Shown here: one piece after another, positions 1 to 14,198 of the stretch
Layout of the letters: each line of letters begins with the position of its first letter
Position numbering within the stretch: position 1 is the first letter of the stretch
Assembly (NCBI GenBank): GCA_010093605.1
Contig: MU004194.1
Span: 6,156-70,155 of the forward strand
Source: Lophium mytilinum
Lineage: Eukaryota
Reading direction: 5' to 3'
Length of the DNA: 64,000 bases
Made by a program: the position numbers and the translations under genes
The notes under the pieces: model-generated
The model's input: only the letters and a program-made list of their open reading frames with translations
What the model was told of the DNA's origin: nothing
Database searches by the model: none

Positions 1-1782
1 AAGCCCTTATAATAGTACTAGACGTAATTAGTAGATACTCTAATTTTATCTAAGAATACTTTATAGCCCTCTCTAAGTATAAAGATTCTAATATAGAGTA
101 TATTAAAGATTTAAAGAAGTTTCTTATAATAGGTCTTAAGCCTACTCTCTCTAAATAGCTATTAGAGGCTAAATTAAAATAATACTAGCTTTACTACTAA
201 AGAATCTATCTATTCCTATATTAGAACTTTATAATTCTAAAAAAAGAACTATACTATTACTTCTATAAACCTAATAGTAATTTAGATCTATATATTTTTA
301 AGAATACTATACTATATATTATACCTTTCTATTATTAATAGGTTCTTAATAGAACCTACTAGCTAGGCTACTTTATATACCGCGGTATATAGAAGGCCCT
401 ATAAGTATATAGCTAGTAGCTAATAATAAGTTATAATACTAATAAATATACTTATAAGTATACCTTATACTAGCTAGTATAGAAGGGAAAGATTATTTAT
501 AAACTAATATTTTATTAGGTTAAAGATTAAGATCTATTTAATAAATAGAGTATTAATTTAATTAGTAGATTACTATAATTAATCTATAGGAATTACTAGA
601 TTATTACTACTATTAATTACGCTATAGGTTGGCCTAAAGCTGCTACGCTTTCTAATACTTAAGCTAAGACTATAGTAATATTTATCTATAAAAGAATCTA
701 CTACTAGTATAGACCTCTAGCGGTATTTACTTCTAATAATAGTTTAAACTTTCTTTCTAAAGTTATTATAGTACTATAAAAGCTTATTAAGACTTACTAT
801 AATATTATAATACTATATTACTCTTAGGTAAATAGTAAGGTAGAGAGGCTTAATAGAGTCTTAGAAAATATTCTTATAAAGCTTATAATTAATTAAGATA
901 TAGCTATATAAAATACCTAGTTACTAGCTATAATATATATAATATATACTTAGAATACCTTCTATAGCTATACTTTCTACTACCTTATATATAGTAGATA
1001 TCCTTAAGTATCTAATAATACTTTAGTACTAGCTCTTAATAAAACTGTAGATAAAGAAGCTAAATTAGAGTATTATTTAGCCTATATTAGAAAAGTTTAA
1101 TATATATATATACTAGTAGAAGATTAGCTACTAAAGAAAGTAATTATAGTAGGCCTATAGAATCTATAACCTCTATCTAAGAAGTATCTAGTTACTTAAT
1201 AGAAGATTAGTTTCTAGGTACTTCTTTAAAATAAGGTTAAGAGGAAATTTAGAGTAAAATAGTTTAGCCTATTTAAGATTATTACTACTTATTCTCTTAG
1301 TATCTATATACTTTAAACGCCTACTAATTAAGTATTAAAGAACCTTATTTATAGTAATAGATTAGTAAATATATGCATTAATACTTATATAAAGTTTTAG
1401 AACTAAGAAGACCCTAAATATAGCTTAGAATATTCTAATAATATATTAGAAGATAACTAAGTACTTTAGAACTAAGAGGATTTTAATAATACTAATAAAG
1501 AGCATACTATATATTAAGAAGAAGTTAAACCTAGTAATAATACTATCGCGGATGCATTAGATATAGATAACGCTAATAGAAAGCTATAGTTTAAGTTTAC
1601 TATAATTTCTAAAGTAGAATAGAATTAGAAGATTACTAAGTATTAATTAAAATAGTAGTATAAGGGCGCGGAGCTCTTCTAGAAAGAAAAAAAAAACACT
1701 TAGAAACCGCCTAAACTAAAGCTATATTAAATACTAAGAAATTTTAAAAAGAGAGTTCTAGAGAGAAACTAATAGGCTACTA
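1..1782 (+). pseudogene. RIP'd Ty3/Gypsy pol fragment (integrase region)
   Basis: Reversing RIP by eye recovers HHCC zinc-finger remnants (~355-480), a WSIDLIG-like motif (~546), AIDYATGWPEA (~610-640), a TSDNG-like motif (~730) and a YHPQxNGKVERLN-like motif (~815-860). Ends at an N gap. Confidence 0.75.
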
Positions 1783-2955
1783 NNNNNNNNNNNNNNNNNN
1801 NNNNNNNNNNNNNNNNNNNNNNNNNNNNNNNNNNNNNNNNNNNNNNNNNNNNNNNNNNNNNNNNNNNNNNNNNNNNNNNNNNNNNNNNNNNNNNNNNNNN
1901 NNNNNNNNNNNNNNNNNNNNNNNNNNNNNNNNNNNNNNNNNNNNNNNNNNNNNNNNNNNNNNNNNNNNNNNNNNNNNNNNNNNNNNNNNNNNNNNNNNNN
2001 NNNNNNNNNNNNNNNNNNNNNNNNNNNNNNNNNNNNNNNNNNNNNNNNNNNNNNNNNNNNNNNNNNNNNNNNNNNNNNNNNNNNNNNNNNNNNNNNNNNN
2101 NNNNNNNNNNNNNNNNNNNNNNNNNNNNNNNNNNNNNNNNNNNNNNNNNNNNNNNNNNNNNNNNNNNNNNNNNNNNNNNNNNNNNNNNNNNNNNNNNNNN
2201 NNNNNNNNNNNNNNNNNNNNNNNNNNNNNNNNNNNNNNNNNNNNNNNNNNNNNNNNNNNNNNNNNNNNNNNNNNNNNNNNNNNNNNNNNNNNNNNNNNNN
2301 NNNNNNNNNNNNNNNNNACCTAGATTTTCTTTATTAATTTAGATTTAAGTATTTAATTCTTTATTATTACTTATTTAGCTATATTTTATCTTTAGAGAAT
2401 TAAAAAGATAATAAATTTAAGAACCTATATTAAAGATTAACTAAGCTAAGCTTATACTTCTATTATACTTAACCCTTTTTATATCTAGAAGAAGAGGGAA
2501 AATTAACGCTTTTCTATTAATACTAGCTAAGCTAATATACTTTTAGTTCTTCTAGGTAGCTATTCTACTACTAGAACTTCTTCTATTAGAACTTCTATAG
2601 CTACTACTACTACTAAAATAGCTATTATTATCTTTCTAAGGCTATTTTAGGGGCGTGCTCTAAGTTAATATATTTTAGCTATACTTACTAGCCCTATTCT
2701 TCTAAAGAATAGTATTTAGAGAGCCTATCTAATACTAAGTAGAGTTTAGAGGGGTCTTTCTAGTAGAGTTATTATTATTACTAATAGATAACTAGAATAA
2801 GTAGTAGCTTAATAGTATATTAGAAGTAGGCTCTTAAAAGTACTATAGAGAACCTAAAGAAGAATAATAAGAAGTTAAAGAAGTTAGAAAAGTTAAAGGC
2901 TAAGTAGAAGAGGTTAGAGAGTATTACCTTAAACCTTAAGTACTAGAACCTAAAG

Positions 2956-3197
2956 TATAATAGATTACGCCCTGTTCTCTAGTTATATATTTATCTATTA
3001 CCGGCCTTCTACCTCTATACTTATTATATTACCTTACGCCGCCTACGCGCTAGCCCGCCTAGTGCCTACGCGCCTCTTTTCTCTATATATATAGTTTCTA
3101 TCTAGAAGCCTTTCTTTTTACTTCTTATATAACCTTTTAAAATTAATCTATCTAGTTATTTTATACTACTAAGCTTCTCTATACTATAACTATAATA
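2956..3197 (+). repeat. 5' LTR
   Basis: Collinear with 10583-10824. Termini read TA...TA, as expected for RIP'd TG...CA. Confidence 0.9.
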
Positions 3198-3689
3198 TTA
3201 GGTTATATTTAATACTTTAACTAGTACTAATTCTTTTTTACTATTACTACTTTAACTCTTATATCTTAACCCTTAATTTTTATTTACTAAGCTATTTAAC
3301 TACTTAGTAAAGTATATCTATATAACTATATATATAATACTAAAGGGTATATAACTATACTATATTACCTTACTAAGCGCTATTACTATATTCTCTATAA
3401 TAAGTAATCTACTAGGCGCTAGAGCCCCTACTAATAAAGAATCTAGATATTCTAGATATAGTAGCTTATAACTAGCCTTCTACTTTCTACTATTCTACTT
3501 ATAGTTCTACGCGCCCTTTAAGTCTTCTTATAAGACTCTAAATAGCGCGCCTCTTTAAAAAATATCTAAGATAAATCCCTAGAATAAAGAAGATATCTAG
3601 TAGTCTACCTAAATAGTACGTGTAGATACTTAGCTAATCTAAGAGAAAGAAAATTAGCTTACCTAAGATAAAGACGCTACTAAAGATAA

Positions 3690-5925
3690 TTATATTAATA
3701 ACTCTATATATACTCTAGATCTAATAGTCTATAGCTCTATTATTAAGTACTATACTTCTAGCTATAGCTATAATCTAGGTATATTTCTTAACTCTATTAA
3801 TAATATTACTAAATTTCTAGACTATTTACTTCTACCTAGTAATAAATAGTTTAATAGCTTAATTAAGATTATAGACTCTTAGAACTTTCTTATATAAGTC
3901 TAAGCTAATTCTATCTACTTCTTCTATATTCTTAAGAGCTATTAAGCTATAACTAAGATTCTCTAGTAGATATATAAAAATAACTAGAAAGCATAGCATA
4001 AGCTCTAAGATAAAATTAGAGTTCTTAAAGATAAATATAATAAAAAGAATAATAAATTAGAAGCTATATATAAGAAACTTAAATACTTACTTAATATTAA
4101 AACTAAACTAAAAGAATATAAAAATAAACTCTATACTTATAAGAAGATAGTAGCTTTACTAAATAAGACTATTACTTCTCTTAATATAGATATTAAGGCC
4201 TAGTAGAAGAACTATATCTAAGCTAATAAGTAATTCTTAGAGTAAGAAAAGATTATTAAACGCCTTATAGTAAACTTTACTTAAGTAGCTAAAAATAAGT
4301 ATAAATATAATACTCGCCTTACTACTCTAGAGAATAAAATTAAAATACTATAAATACTCTAGTATACTTCTATATCTACACCTATAGTAGCCTTTTCTAT
4401 AACTATACCCTCTATAGCGCCCTATCTACTCTACTCTATTATACCTTCTATTAACTCTATTATAGTAGCAGCTAAAGATCTACTTACCTCTCTTAATAGA
4501 GTAATCTATTTAGAAGAAGCGTAAGCTAATAATAGCCCCTTAGTAGGCTATAATACTAATTAACCTTACTATACTATAGAGTATATAAATAATAATTAAG
4601 CTTACTATACCTTAGACTATATACGCAGTTACTATAACTCTAGTCTACTTTTATCTAATAATAGAAGCCCCTCTTATTACTGCAACTATATATATAGCTA
4701 ATCTTATTATTATAATTACTTTTATAAGTATTACTCTTATTAACGCTTCTACTTATACTTCTACTTATACTTACGCTTATATTTATAAAATATAAGCCGT
4801 CCCTATTACTATTACTAAGATCTCTATATTAAGATATCTAAAGATTATTAAAACCTTAGTATTACTCTAAATAGAGTCCCTTATATAGAAGATAAGTTCT
4901 AGCTCTATTTAAATAAGTTTAGAGGTAATAAGAATAAGTACTCTAAGTTCTATTATAGATTTCTAAATAAAGTTAACTATAGTAGCTATACTATAAGATC
5001 TAGTAAACCCTTATATCTTACCTATCTTAGTAAGTAACTTATAGGTATACCCCTTAAAGGCTTCCGCGCCTAGTAAGATAGCTACTAGCCCTTTCTTACT
5101 ATCTAGAAAGCTATTATATTCTTAGACTTCTAATATAATAACTCTAATAAGATTAGAACTACTAAGAATAAGCTTTATAAGCTTATCTAGATTAATAGTA
5201 TAATATCTAATTATATATAGAAGCTAATAAAGTTATATATAATCTATCTTCTAGGCTAAAGGGGCTATAATAATATCTATAACCTTAAGTAGAAACTCCG
5301 CCTAGATATTATTACTAGCGCTATTTTAGGTAAAGGCTTTACTATAGGCCTATAGTATATTAATACTATATATAAATAGCTCTATAATAATAGTATTAAT
5401 AAGAATGCGCAGCCTACTAACTATAGCTTTAGAAACTTTAACTATAACTAACTCTAAGGCTTTAATTATAATAACCGCGACTAGAATAACTATAATTATT
5501 ATAATAGTAATTGCTATAACTATAATTACTATAACTATACCTATACTTTACGCCTCTTAACTATAGCTACTATCTCTATAGCCTAAGAAGATATTAAGAT
5601 TACTTCTCCCTCTAACTAGATTCTATCTAATAAGCTTTATAAAGGCAATAGAGAAGCGCTTATAAAGAATAGTAAGTACTTCTACTACTATCTCTCTAAG
5701 TACTTTACCTAAAACCTATATTACCCTATAAATTAACTTAATAAACTAGGCTTTAGCACTTATTAGATAGATTCTATACCCTATTTTAATAATTATGCTG
5801 CCCGCGTTAAAGAACTCTTAGATAATAATAATAGTTTTAATAATTATAAAACCCTTAATAATAAGCGCGGCTCTAGCTACTCTAAAGATAAAGGTTTTAA
5901 GGAAGGTTCTTAGGGAAAAGTAAGG
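3690..5925 (+). pseudogene. RIP'd gag (boundaries approximate)
   Basis: Lies after the 5' LTR. Degenerate CCHC zinc knuckle (CFxCHxxxHF-like) near 5675-5725. Confidence 0.55.
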
Positions 5926-6752
5926 TTATAGACTATAGTTGCAGTCTATAATATAATAAGAACTTAGTTATAAAGAATCTTTAGTATAGAAGGCTTATTA
6001 TTTTAGTAGCCTCTCTTAGTAAAGCTTAATAGAAACTATTTTAAAATAAAGATAGAAGATTTAATATTAAGCGGGTAAATAATATAGTTCTTTTAGTAAT
6101 AGTATAAACCTATAAGAAAGAATAACCTATAGNNNNNNNNNNNNNNNNNNNNNNNNNNNNNNNNNNNNNNNNNNNNNNNNNNNNNNNNNNNNNNNNNNNN
6201 NNNNNNNNNNNNNNNNNNNNNNNNNNNNNNNNNNNNNNNNNNNNNNNNNNNNNNNNNNNNNNNNNNNNNNNNNNNNNNNNNNNNNNNNNNNNNNNNNNNN
6301 NNNNNNNNNNNNNNNNNNNNNNNNNNNNNNNNNNNNNNNNNNNNNNNNNNNNNNNNNNNNNNNNNNNNNNNNNNNNNNNNNNNNNNNNNNNNNNNNNNNN
6401 NNNNNNNNNNNNNNNNNNNNNNNNNNNNNNNNNNNNNNNNNNNNNNNNNNNNNNNNNNNNNNNNNNNNNNNNNNNNNNNNNNNNNNNNNNNNNNNNNNNN
6501 NNNNNNNNNNNNNNNNNNNNNNNNNNNNNNNNNNNNNNNNNNNNNNNNNNNNNNNNNNNNNNNNNNNNNNNNNNNNNNNNNNNNNNNNNNNNNNNNNNNN
6601 NNNNNNNNNNNNNNNNNNNNNNNNNNNNNNNNNNNNNNNNNNNNNNNNNNNNNNNNNNNNNNNNNNNNNNNNNNNNNNNNNNNNNNNNNNNNNNNNNNNN
6701 NNNNNNNNNNNNNNNNNNNNNNNNNNNNNNNNNNNNNNNNNNNNNNNNNNNN

Positions 6753-9700
6753 ACCTTATTAAAAAAGCTAGTAAGCTACCTAAAGCCCGGCTATATACTA
6801 TATTAAAGAAAGAACTTAAAGTTATTAAGAAATAGATTAATAATAACCTTAATAAAGAATTTATCTATAAGTTATAATTCTCTATATTCTCCCCTATACT
6901 TCTTATCTAGAAGCCTAAAGAAGGTGTTTATTTCTATATTAACTATAGGGCTATTAATACTATAATAGTTAAAATAAGATACCTACTACTACTTATCTAA
7001 GAAATACTCTAAAAGCTTAGTAACGCTAAATAGTATTCTAAACTAGATATTATTTCTATATTTAATTAAATCTAAATATAGGAAGAAGATATAAGTCTTA
7101 CAGCCTTCTCTATATAATAGGGATAGTATAAATCTATTATTATACCCTTTAGCGTTATAGAAGGCTCTAGATAATTCTAATTCTTTATTAATTATATATT
7201 ATATAACTACCTAGATAATTTCTATTTAGCCTATATAGATAATATTCTAGTCTATATAAATAGTACTAAAGAGGAACATAAAGAGCACGTTATAAAGGTA
7301 CTAGAAAGGCTTAATAAAGCTAGCCTTAATTATAACTTTACTAAATATAAATTTAATAAAATAGAAATTAAGTACTTAGGTCTTATTATTATAATAGGCG
7401 GCGTCTATATAGACTCTAAGAAAGTCGCCGCTATTATTAACTAGAAGATACTAATATACCTACGCGATATATAAGCTTTCTTAGAATTTACTAACTTCTA
7501 TTAACGCTTTATATACGCGTTCTCTTAAATTATTAGCCTACTTATATCTATAATAAAGACTATAGATAGTAAAAAAACTAAACTTAAAGTATAGTTTATC
7601 TAGAATATAGAATATAATAAAGCTTTCTAAATACTTAAAATAGTATTTACTACTATACCTATTCTATACTACTTCTAATACGGCAAGAAGGTCTATATTA
7701 AAATAGACGCTTCTAACTATATTATTACTAGTATTATATCTTAGGTAGGGGAGAATAGTTTACTCTACTCTATTACCTTCTTCTTATCTAAAATAAGCCT
7801 CTAGGAATATAACTATAAAATCTATAATAAGAAACTATTTACTATAGTTAAAGCCTTTAAAGAATAGTATTTTAAACTAGTAAGCGCTAATTTAGATAAC
7901 TCTATAGATATACTTATAGATTACTATAATCTTAAGTATTTTATATTAACTAAATACCTTAATTATTACTAAGCCTGCTAGGCTAGATTTCTTACTAGAT
8001 TTAACTTTAAGATTATCTATTAACCTAGTATTCTTAAAGAAAAACTAGATAGCCTTATAAGAAGATTATAAGACCTTTCTACTAATTTAGATAACCTCTA
8101 TAATTAATTTTAATACTAAATAGTTTTTAAATCTTATAACTTAGGCCTAGGTATTATACTAATATATTTACTAAATATTAACTTAAGCTTATCTAATAAT
8201 AGCCTAAGCTGCATACTAAATCTAATTAGGCTAGTACCTTACTATAAAGAGTTAGACCTATTACTAACTATAGAGTTACTACTATTAAAAATATACTCTT
8301 AATTTCTTCTTATATCTATAATACTACGCAGCTATATATATAATAATATTCTTAACTCTAACTCTAACTCTAACTCTAACTCTAACTCTAACTCTAACTC
8401 TAATCTTTACCTTAAACCTAATTCTTCTCTTATAATTAAACTACCTTCTATAAATAATAATAATCTCTATATAGAGCCTAATCTAGTCTATTAGTATATA
8501 CTTACTAAGCTATTTAATAAAGGCTATTTTAGCCCGCTATAGAACTTACTAGAGCTGCTATTTAATTCTATACTTTATAAACTTATTACTCTTATATATA
8601 ATAGTAAGCGCGCGCTCCCTTAATCTCTATATAATATTATTAGTAATCTTAATATCTTAGAATTTAAAGTCCGCTATAATTAACTATACTACTATAGCTA
8701 ATTATATATATCTATATATAATAACTTATATTTTAAGCTTTTATAGCTTACCTATAATACTACTATTAGCGGACACCTAGAAAAGTATAGTATATATAAA
8801 CTTATTTAATATTACTACTTCTAGCTAGGTATATATAATTTAGTTAAGAACTATACTAGCGCCTACTATAGCTATAAATAGTTAAAAGCCTTCTATAATA
8901 AGAAATAAGGTCTTCTATATTTACTTAATATACTAGAATAGCGCTAGACTAATATTACTATAGATTTTATTATAGAGCTCCCTCTCTATAAGTATAATAG
9001 CTAAGTCTATACTAAGATTCTTATTATTATCTACTGCGTAAGTAAAGAGCGTTACTATATTTCTATAAGCGGCACCTCTATTAATAATATTATTAATACC
9101 TTTTTCTATAAAATCTACTACCTCTATAGCCTTCCCTATATTATTATTAGCGATCGCAATCTATAATTTATTTTAGATATTTAGAAATATATTTATAAGT
9201 ATATTAATATTTATTAGAATATCTCTATAGTAGCCTACCCTAAAACTAATAGATAAATAGAAAATATAAACGCTATTATAAAGGCCTACCTTAGGTAATT
9301 TATTAATTACTACTAGAATAACTAGATTAACTACTTACCTATTAGTAAGTTCTTAGTAAATAACTAAGTTAATACTTCTACTATAATAATACTATTCTTT
9401 ATTAATAAAGGTTTTTACCTGTACTCTAGGCTTAAGCCTCTACCGGGCGTAATAAATAATATTATACTAGACCCTCTATCTACGCCTACTTTTAGTACTA
9501 ACGCTACTATCTATTACTATTAGCTTAAGAGTAATAAGTATATTAACTAGATAAAGAATATTCTAAATAAATATAAGGCTATAATAATATAGGTATAGAC
9601 TAAATAGATAGACTATATAAACTAATATTATAACCCTCTACTAAAGCTCTAAGTTAATAACTAGGTATAGCTTAACGCCTGTAATATAAAGATAACCCGC

Positions 9701-10150
9701 CTAAATAAGTTACTTAATTATAAGAATCTTAGTTCTTTCTATATTATAAAGGTTATTAATAAGGGCTATACCTTTTAACTTAACTTTATAAATATAAGCC
9801 TTAAAGGCTCTTAAATATACTCTATCTTCTATCTATACCTACTCTATCTAGATAGATTCTATCTACTACTAGGCTAATACTAGCTACTACTACCTTCTAT
9901 CTAGGTTATTAATTCTATTACCTTTAAATTAGTTAAATAACACGCGATTACGCGTATTATTAATAGCTACTAGCGTAGTTATAGACTAAAAGAACACCGC
10001 TACCTTAAATATAAAGAACTCTATAAAGAATACTCTACTCTATAGAAATAGTAACTATAGAAATAGTTTATATCTAAAGCCGCGGATCTAATTAGTAAAT
10101 TCTATAACCTTAACCTAGATACTAATAGTTCTTATCTAGACTTTAAACTA
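6753..10150 (+). pseudogene. RIP'd pol: RT, RNase H, integrase and probable chromodomain
   Basis: Remnants of FCxDYRAIN and RYPLPLI (~6930-6995), MPFG (~7142), AYxDDILVY (~7229-7256), TDAS and NYEIYDKELLAIV (~7703-7850), GHPG (~8771), ISDR (~9145) and HPETDGQTE (~9235-9265). Confidence 0.85.
8354..8401 (+). repeat. (AACTCT)8 hexanucleotide repeat inside the pol linker
   Basis: Directly visible. Plausibly RIP'd GACTCT (Asp-Ser) codons. Confidence 0.85.
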
Positions 10151-10568
10151 AATAATAATTAGCGCGCGCGTCTTACTAATAATAATAACCTTAATAATAA
10201 TAACCTTACTACTAACTATTTATAATTATAATTACTCTATACTAAGCTATATTCTTATCTTTATATAATTACTTTACTATATCTCTATACTATAATTAAT
10301 AGCCTTATATAGTTTATTATAACTTTATATATAATAACTATAATAAGATTAGAATCCTTAGCTGTATAAAGTAGGCTAAGCTGTTATAATAGAAAAGCCC
10401 TTATAAGTAATACCTTAAGCACGCTAGCTTCTTATATATTAGTATATAACTAATAATTAACTAAACTATACTATATAATTTACTATACTAGATAACTATA
10501 CTCTTATATTTAAACCTAACACGGCCTATAATACTATTTTTTTTTTCTTTTTCTTTTCTAGTATTCTT

Positions 10569-10582
10569 AAATAGGGGGGTAG
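10569..10582 (+). other. Polypurine tract
   Basis: AAATAGGGGGGTAG immediately before the 3' LTR. Confidence 0.7.
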
Positions 10583-10824
10583 TATAATAGATTATACTCT
10601 ATTTTCTAGTTATATATTTATCTATTACTAGCCTTCTACCTCTATACCTATTATATTACCTTGCGCTGCCTATGCGCTAGCCTACCTAGCGCCTATACGC
10701 CTCTCTTCTCTATATATATAGTTTCTATCTAGAAGTCTTTCTTTCTACTTCTTATATAACCTTTTAAAATTAATCTATCTAGTTATCTTATACTACTAAG
10801 CTTCTCTATACTATAACTATAATA
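10583..10824 (+). repeat. 3' LTR
   Basis: Direct repeat of 2956-3197, followed by TAAAG. Confidence 0.9.
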
Positions 10825-13436
10825 TAAAGTAGCTATATTTTCTAAATCTAATATAGCTATAAATAATTACTAGAAGCTAGAACTTAAACTAGAAGCCTAA
10901 GTAAAAGTACTACTAAAGCTCTATAGATAATATTAAGCTATTAAAGATTTAAAAGTATAAGAAATACCTAGATTATATAGTAGTATAGTAGTCTTTCTTT
11001 AAATTAATTCTATTAGTAGCTATATAGCTAAGGCTAAGCGCACTATATTTTTAGCTAGGTTTTTAAGAGATTTTTAGTTATAAAAAGAAGATATAAACTT
11101 AGTAATATTATAGTAACCTTATTAAATATAAGCTCTAGTAGTCTTTTAATAAGCTATTAGAGTCTATTCTTCTATAATAGATATTAGCTAAGTTCTAAGA
11201 TACTCTAAAAGTAAAGCTAAACTTACCTTAAAATAAATAAGTCCCCTTACTATTCTACTAATAATATTCTATATAGAATTTTTAATAGAGAGAAGAACTA
11301 TCTAGATTATAAGCCTAAATATATTTACTAAACTAATAGCCTTCTAAGAATATTTTTAAGTAGTAGTTGCAGGCCCTATAGATAGAAAAAGCCCTAGAAT
11401 TCTTATTATAATCTACTTTTAAGCCTAAATACTATTTAAGAAGCCCTATAAAGTATAAAGTATAGCTATAGTTCTTATTTAAAATTAGTTTATTATTTCT
11501 AATATTACTAAGAAACTCTTAAAGTAGTATATTTCTCTAAGCTCTACTACTACCTTTAAACTTTAGGGGGTATTTAGTATAGTTTAAATAATTAAAAGGT
11601 ATAGCATAGTATTAGAAGGCTTAAGAAATTAAAATAGAATTATTAAAGGCTATTAGCTATATATAGTATAGATTATAGAACCTCTAGACTATTAAAAGGT
11701 TAATAATTAATATAAGTATAATAGTAACTAGATCTTATTAGCTTTATTAAAAGAAAAAGTTAAACTATTATTAGAAACTTACTATAGGCCTATAAGGCTT
11801 TATAAGCTAAAATACCTAAGAATTTATAAGAGCGCGGAGCCTTATAACTATAGCTAGAGTCTAAAGAATTATTACCTCTACTATCTCTACCTCTTCCTAA
11901 ATAGAGTAAGCTAGAGGCTATAGAACCTAGCTAAATATTAAGTAATATTATAATACTAACTTAGAGTAAAGAGAAGTAGCCTAGAAGCTAAAAGAGAGAA
12001 AGTTCTAATAAAAGAATTAATAAAGAAGAATAATAGTAATAAGAAAAAAAGCTATAAGAGTCTTTAATAAACCTTTAAAGCTAAAAGAAGCTTAAACCTT
12101 AAAAAAGAAAGTTAAGTATAGAAAAAAGAGTATAAAAGTATTAAGAAGGCCTTATATATACTCTAGATTCTTAAATCTATTACTTCTAGATTACTACTTA
12201 CTACTCTATAATATATTAATAGCTTCTTAAACCTATATAAGATTATAAGCTTCTTACTAAATTATAAGAAACTTTATAAGATCTTTAATAAGCCTATTAT
12301 TAGCTATTATAGCTCTAATTATATATTAGAACCTAATGCGTGCTAGTATACTAATATTTATATTACCTTATAATTCCCTCTATTATAAATACTTTATAAT
12401 TTCTTTTAATTCTTTCTTACTAGTAAGCTATTAAATATTCTAATACCTTTATTATTCCCTCTACTAATATAGTAGTAGGCTTCTAAAGAATTCTAAACCC
12501 CTTTTAGATATATTACTATAATATTACCGCCTACTAATATACCTTTTATAGTATTATATACTTCTAGAAGCTTTAAAGCTTTTAAAGAAGCTAATAGCCT
12601 AATATACTAATAGTATATAGTATAAAGTAGTAAGTATAATATACTATTATAAATATAATTTAATAGTAAATTAGATCTAGAAGGGGAGAATATAGAATTC
12701 TTAATATATAGTTAATATTTAAATATTATATATATAATATATAGGTCTACTATAGAAATACTTTTCTATATAAATCTAGTATAATTAAGGCCTATATAGG
12801 CCTCTCTAATATATATATAGCTTAGCTAGATTTCTATATAGAATTAATATCTATTATTCTCTAAATTCTTATATTATATAATTGGAAATATTATAATAGC
12901 AGTACTATATTTATTTTTAGGGGTTGGTTTCTACTATACTAGTTCTAGACTATCTAGTCCCTTACAAGTAAATAACGCGACGAACCTATAGTAAGCAAGC
13001 CTAAGATCTGATAGTACTTATGGCTGAAAGCAAGGTAACATCTTCCCTCTCGTTATTATGATATCTTCTAGCAGTAGCCCGTTGCTTACGCCTGTCGACG
13101 ACGCTTGGCCCACTTTCTCCATGATAGCGGCAAAGACGTCCGCCAAGTACTGATCTTGTGAGTCTGCGATTCCTATCTATCCGCATATTGCGTTCTTCCG
13201 GAGTTGGTCGTTATTAGCTGAGACGGACGCGAGTCAATACTCAGCATTGTGAAGAAACTTGGTAGTTTGTTAATGATTAACGGATGAAAATTCACTCTTG
13301 TACCACACCCATAAAGATCTCCGGCTTCTATGACACGCAATTCTCCTCATTAAAACTTTTGAGACATTCGCAAAGACTCCTATTTGCACAGAATCCATCT
13401 CAAGCAGAAACTTATTCTCCCAAAGCCCCACCCAAC

Positions 13437-14198
13437 ATGCCTTCCCATTTCCCCGATTCCCTACGTGGCCATCTGGATCGCAAGCAGCGCAGGACCCGCA
13501 TCCGCCATCCAGCGCCCGTCTACTCCACCACAGACACACATGACCTCCTCTGCGGGCACCGCATCACAAGCGACGACTCCGAATGCCGCCAAAACTGCCT
13601 GCACCCAACGGAGCGCCAGAAACAGCGTCCGCCATTCTACTGCCTTTCCTGCATCGAAGATATCATCCGGAGCCATCTAAAGGACGTCGTTGAGAAGTTC
13701 AAAATCCAGCAAGCGCAAATTGGTAAGGATATATCGAAGCTCAGCCCGGGATTTGTGGATATGCTGATTGATACGGAGGTCAAGCATGCGAGTTCGTATA
13801 TGCTGAAGCATACGGATATGGAGGTTTGCGAGGTTGTTGAGAAGTGTGGTCGGGGATGTCAGGGTTCTCGAGAGGAACGCGGCCGATCGACTGATCGGAG
13901 GACTGGAAGTCGTCTTATGAGGGACCGGTCCTTGAGCCCGATCGTTGAGTCCGAGTCAGAGGAATCAGAGGAGGAAGAAGTTGAGACGCAGGAACCGCGA
14001 AGATATCGTCGCGACCGCTCTCCGCATAGACAGAATCGTGTGTATTGCGCCCCGGCAGTCCAGAATAGCAGGAAAGTCGAAGCGGACATAGACGACTTAG
14101 CTGACCACTTTGGAGATTCGCTCGGGTTTCGAGAGAGCGCGCTAATCGATGCGCTGGTAGGCCTGCTGGAAGTGGTCAACATGGAAGACGCTGAGTAA
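13437..14198 (+). CDS. Orphan protein with CxH...CxxNC...PFxCxxC motif (ORF is open from 13284)
   Basis: 304-codon ORF containing HDLLCGHRI...ECRQNC...PPFYCLSC. The ATG at 13437 is in a C/A-rich context. Confidence 0.65.
   Translation: MPSHFPDSLRGHLDRKQRRTRIRHPAPVYSTTDTHDLLCGHRITSDDSECRQNCLHPTERQKQRPPFYCLSCIEDIIRSHLKDVVEKFKIQQAQIGKDISKLSPGFVDMLIDTEVKHASSYMLKHTDMEVCEVVEKCGRGCQGSREERGRSTDRRTGSRLMRDRSLSPIVESESEESEEEEVETQEPRRYRRDRSPHRQNRVYCAPAVQNSRKVEADIDDLADHFGDSLGFRESALIDALVGLLEVVNMEDAE

Larger units (their letters stand above)
2956..10824 (+). mobile_element. Full-length RIP-inactivated Ty3/Gypsy (chromovirus-like) LTR retrotransposon
   Basis: Two 242-bp direct repeats, TAAAG on both sides (2951-2955 and 10825-10829), a purine tract before the 3' LTR, and gag-RT-RNaseH-INT order. 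Spans the N gap at 6133-6752. Confidence 0.9.
1..12900. mobile_element. AT-rich RIP-degenerated transposon block
   Basis: Very high AT content, strong TpA excess and CpA/TpG depletion, no ORFs in the track, retrotransposon motifs still readable, and an abrupt shift to balanced GC near 12.9-13.1 kb. Confidence 0.95.

Noticed and set aside
1783..2317. N runs (also 6133-6752 and 30591-30600)
   Set aside because: These are assembly gaps, not features. Adjacency across them depends on scaffolding.
8354..8401. (CTCTAA)n as a relic telomere
   Set aside because: It lies inside pol and differs from CCCTAA in every unit. RIP'd Asp-Ser codons explain it more simply.
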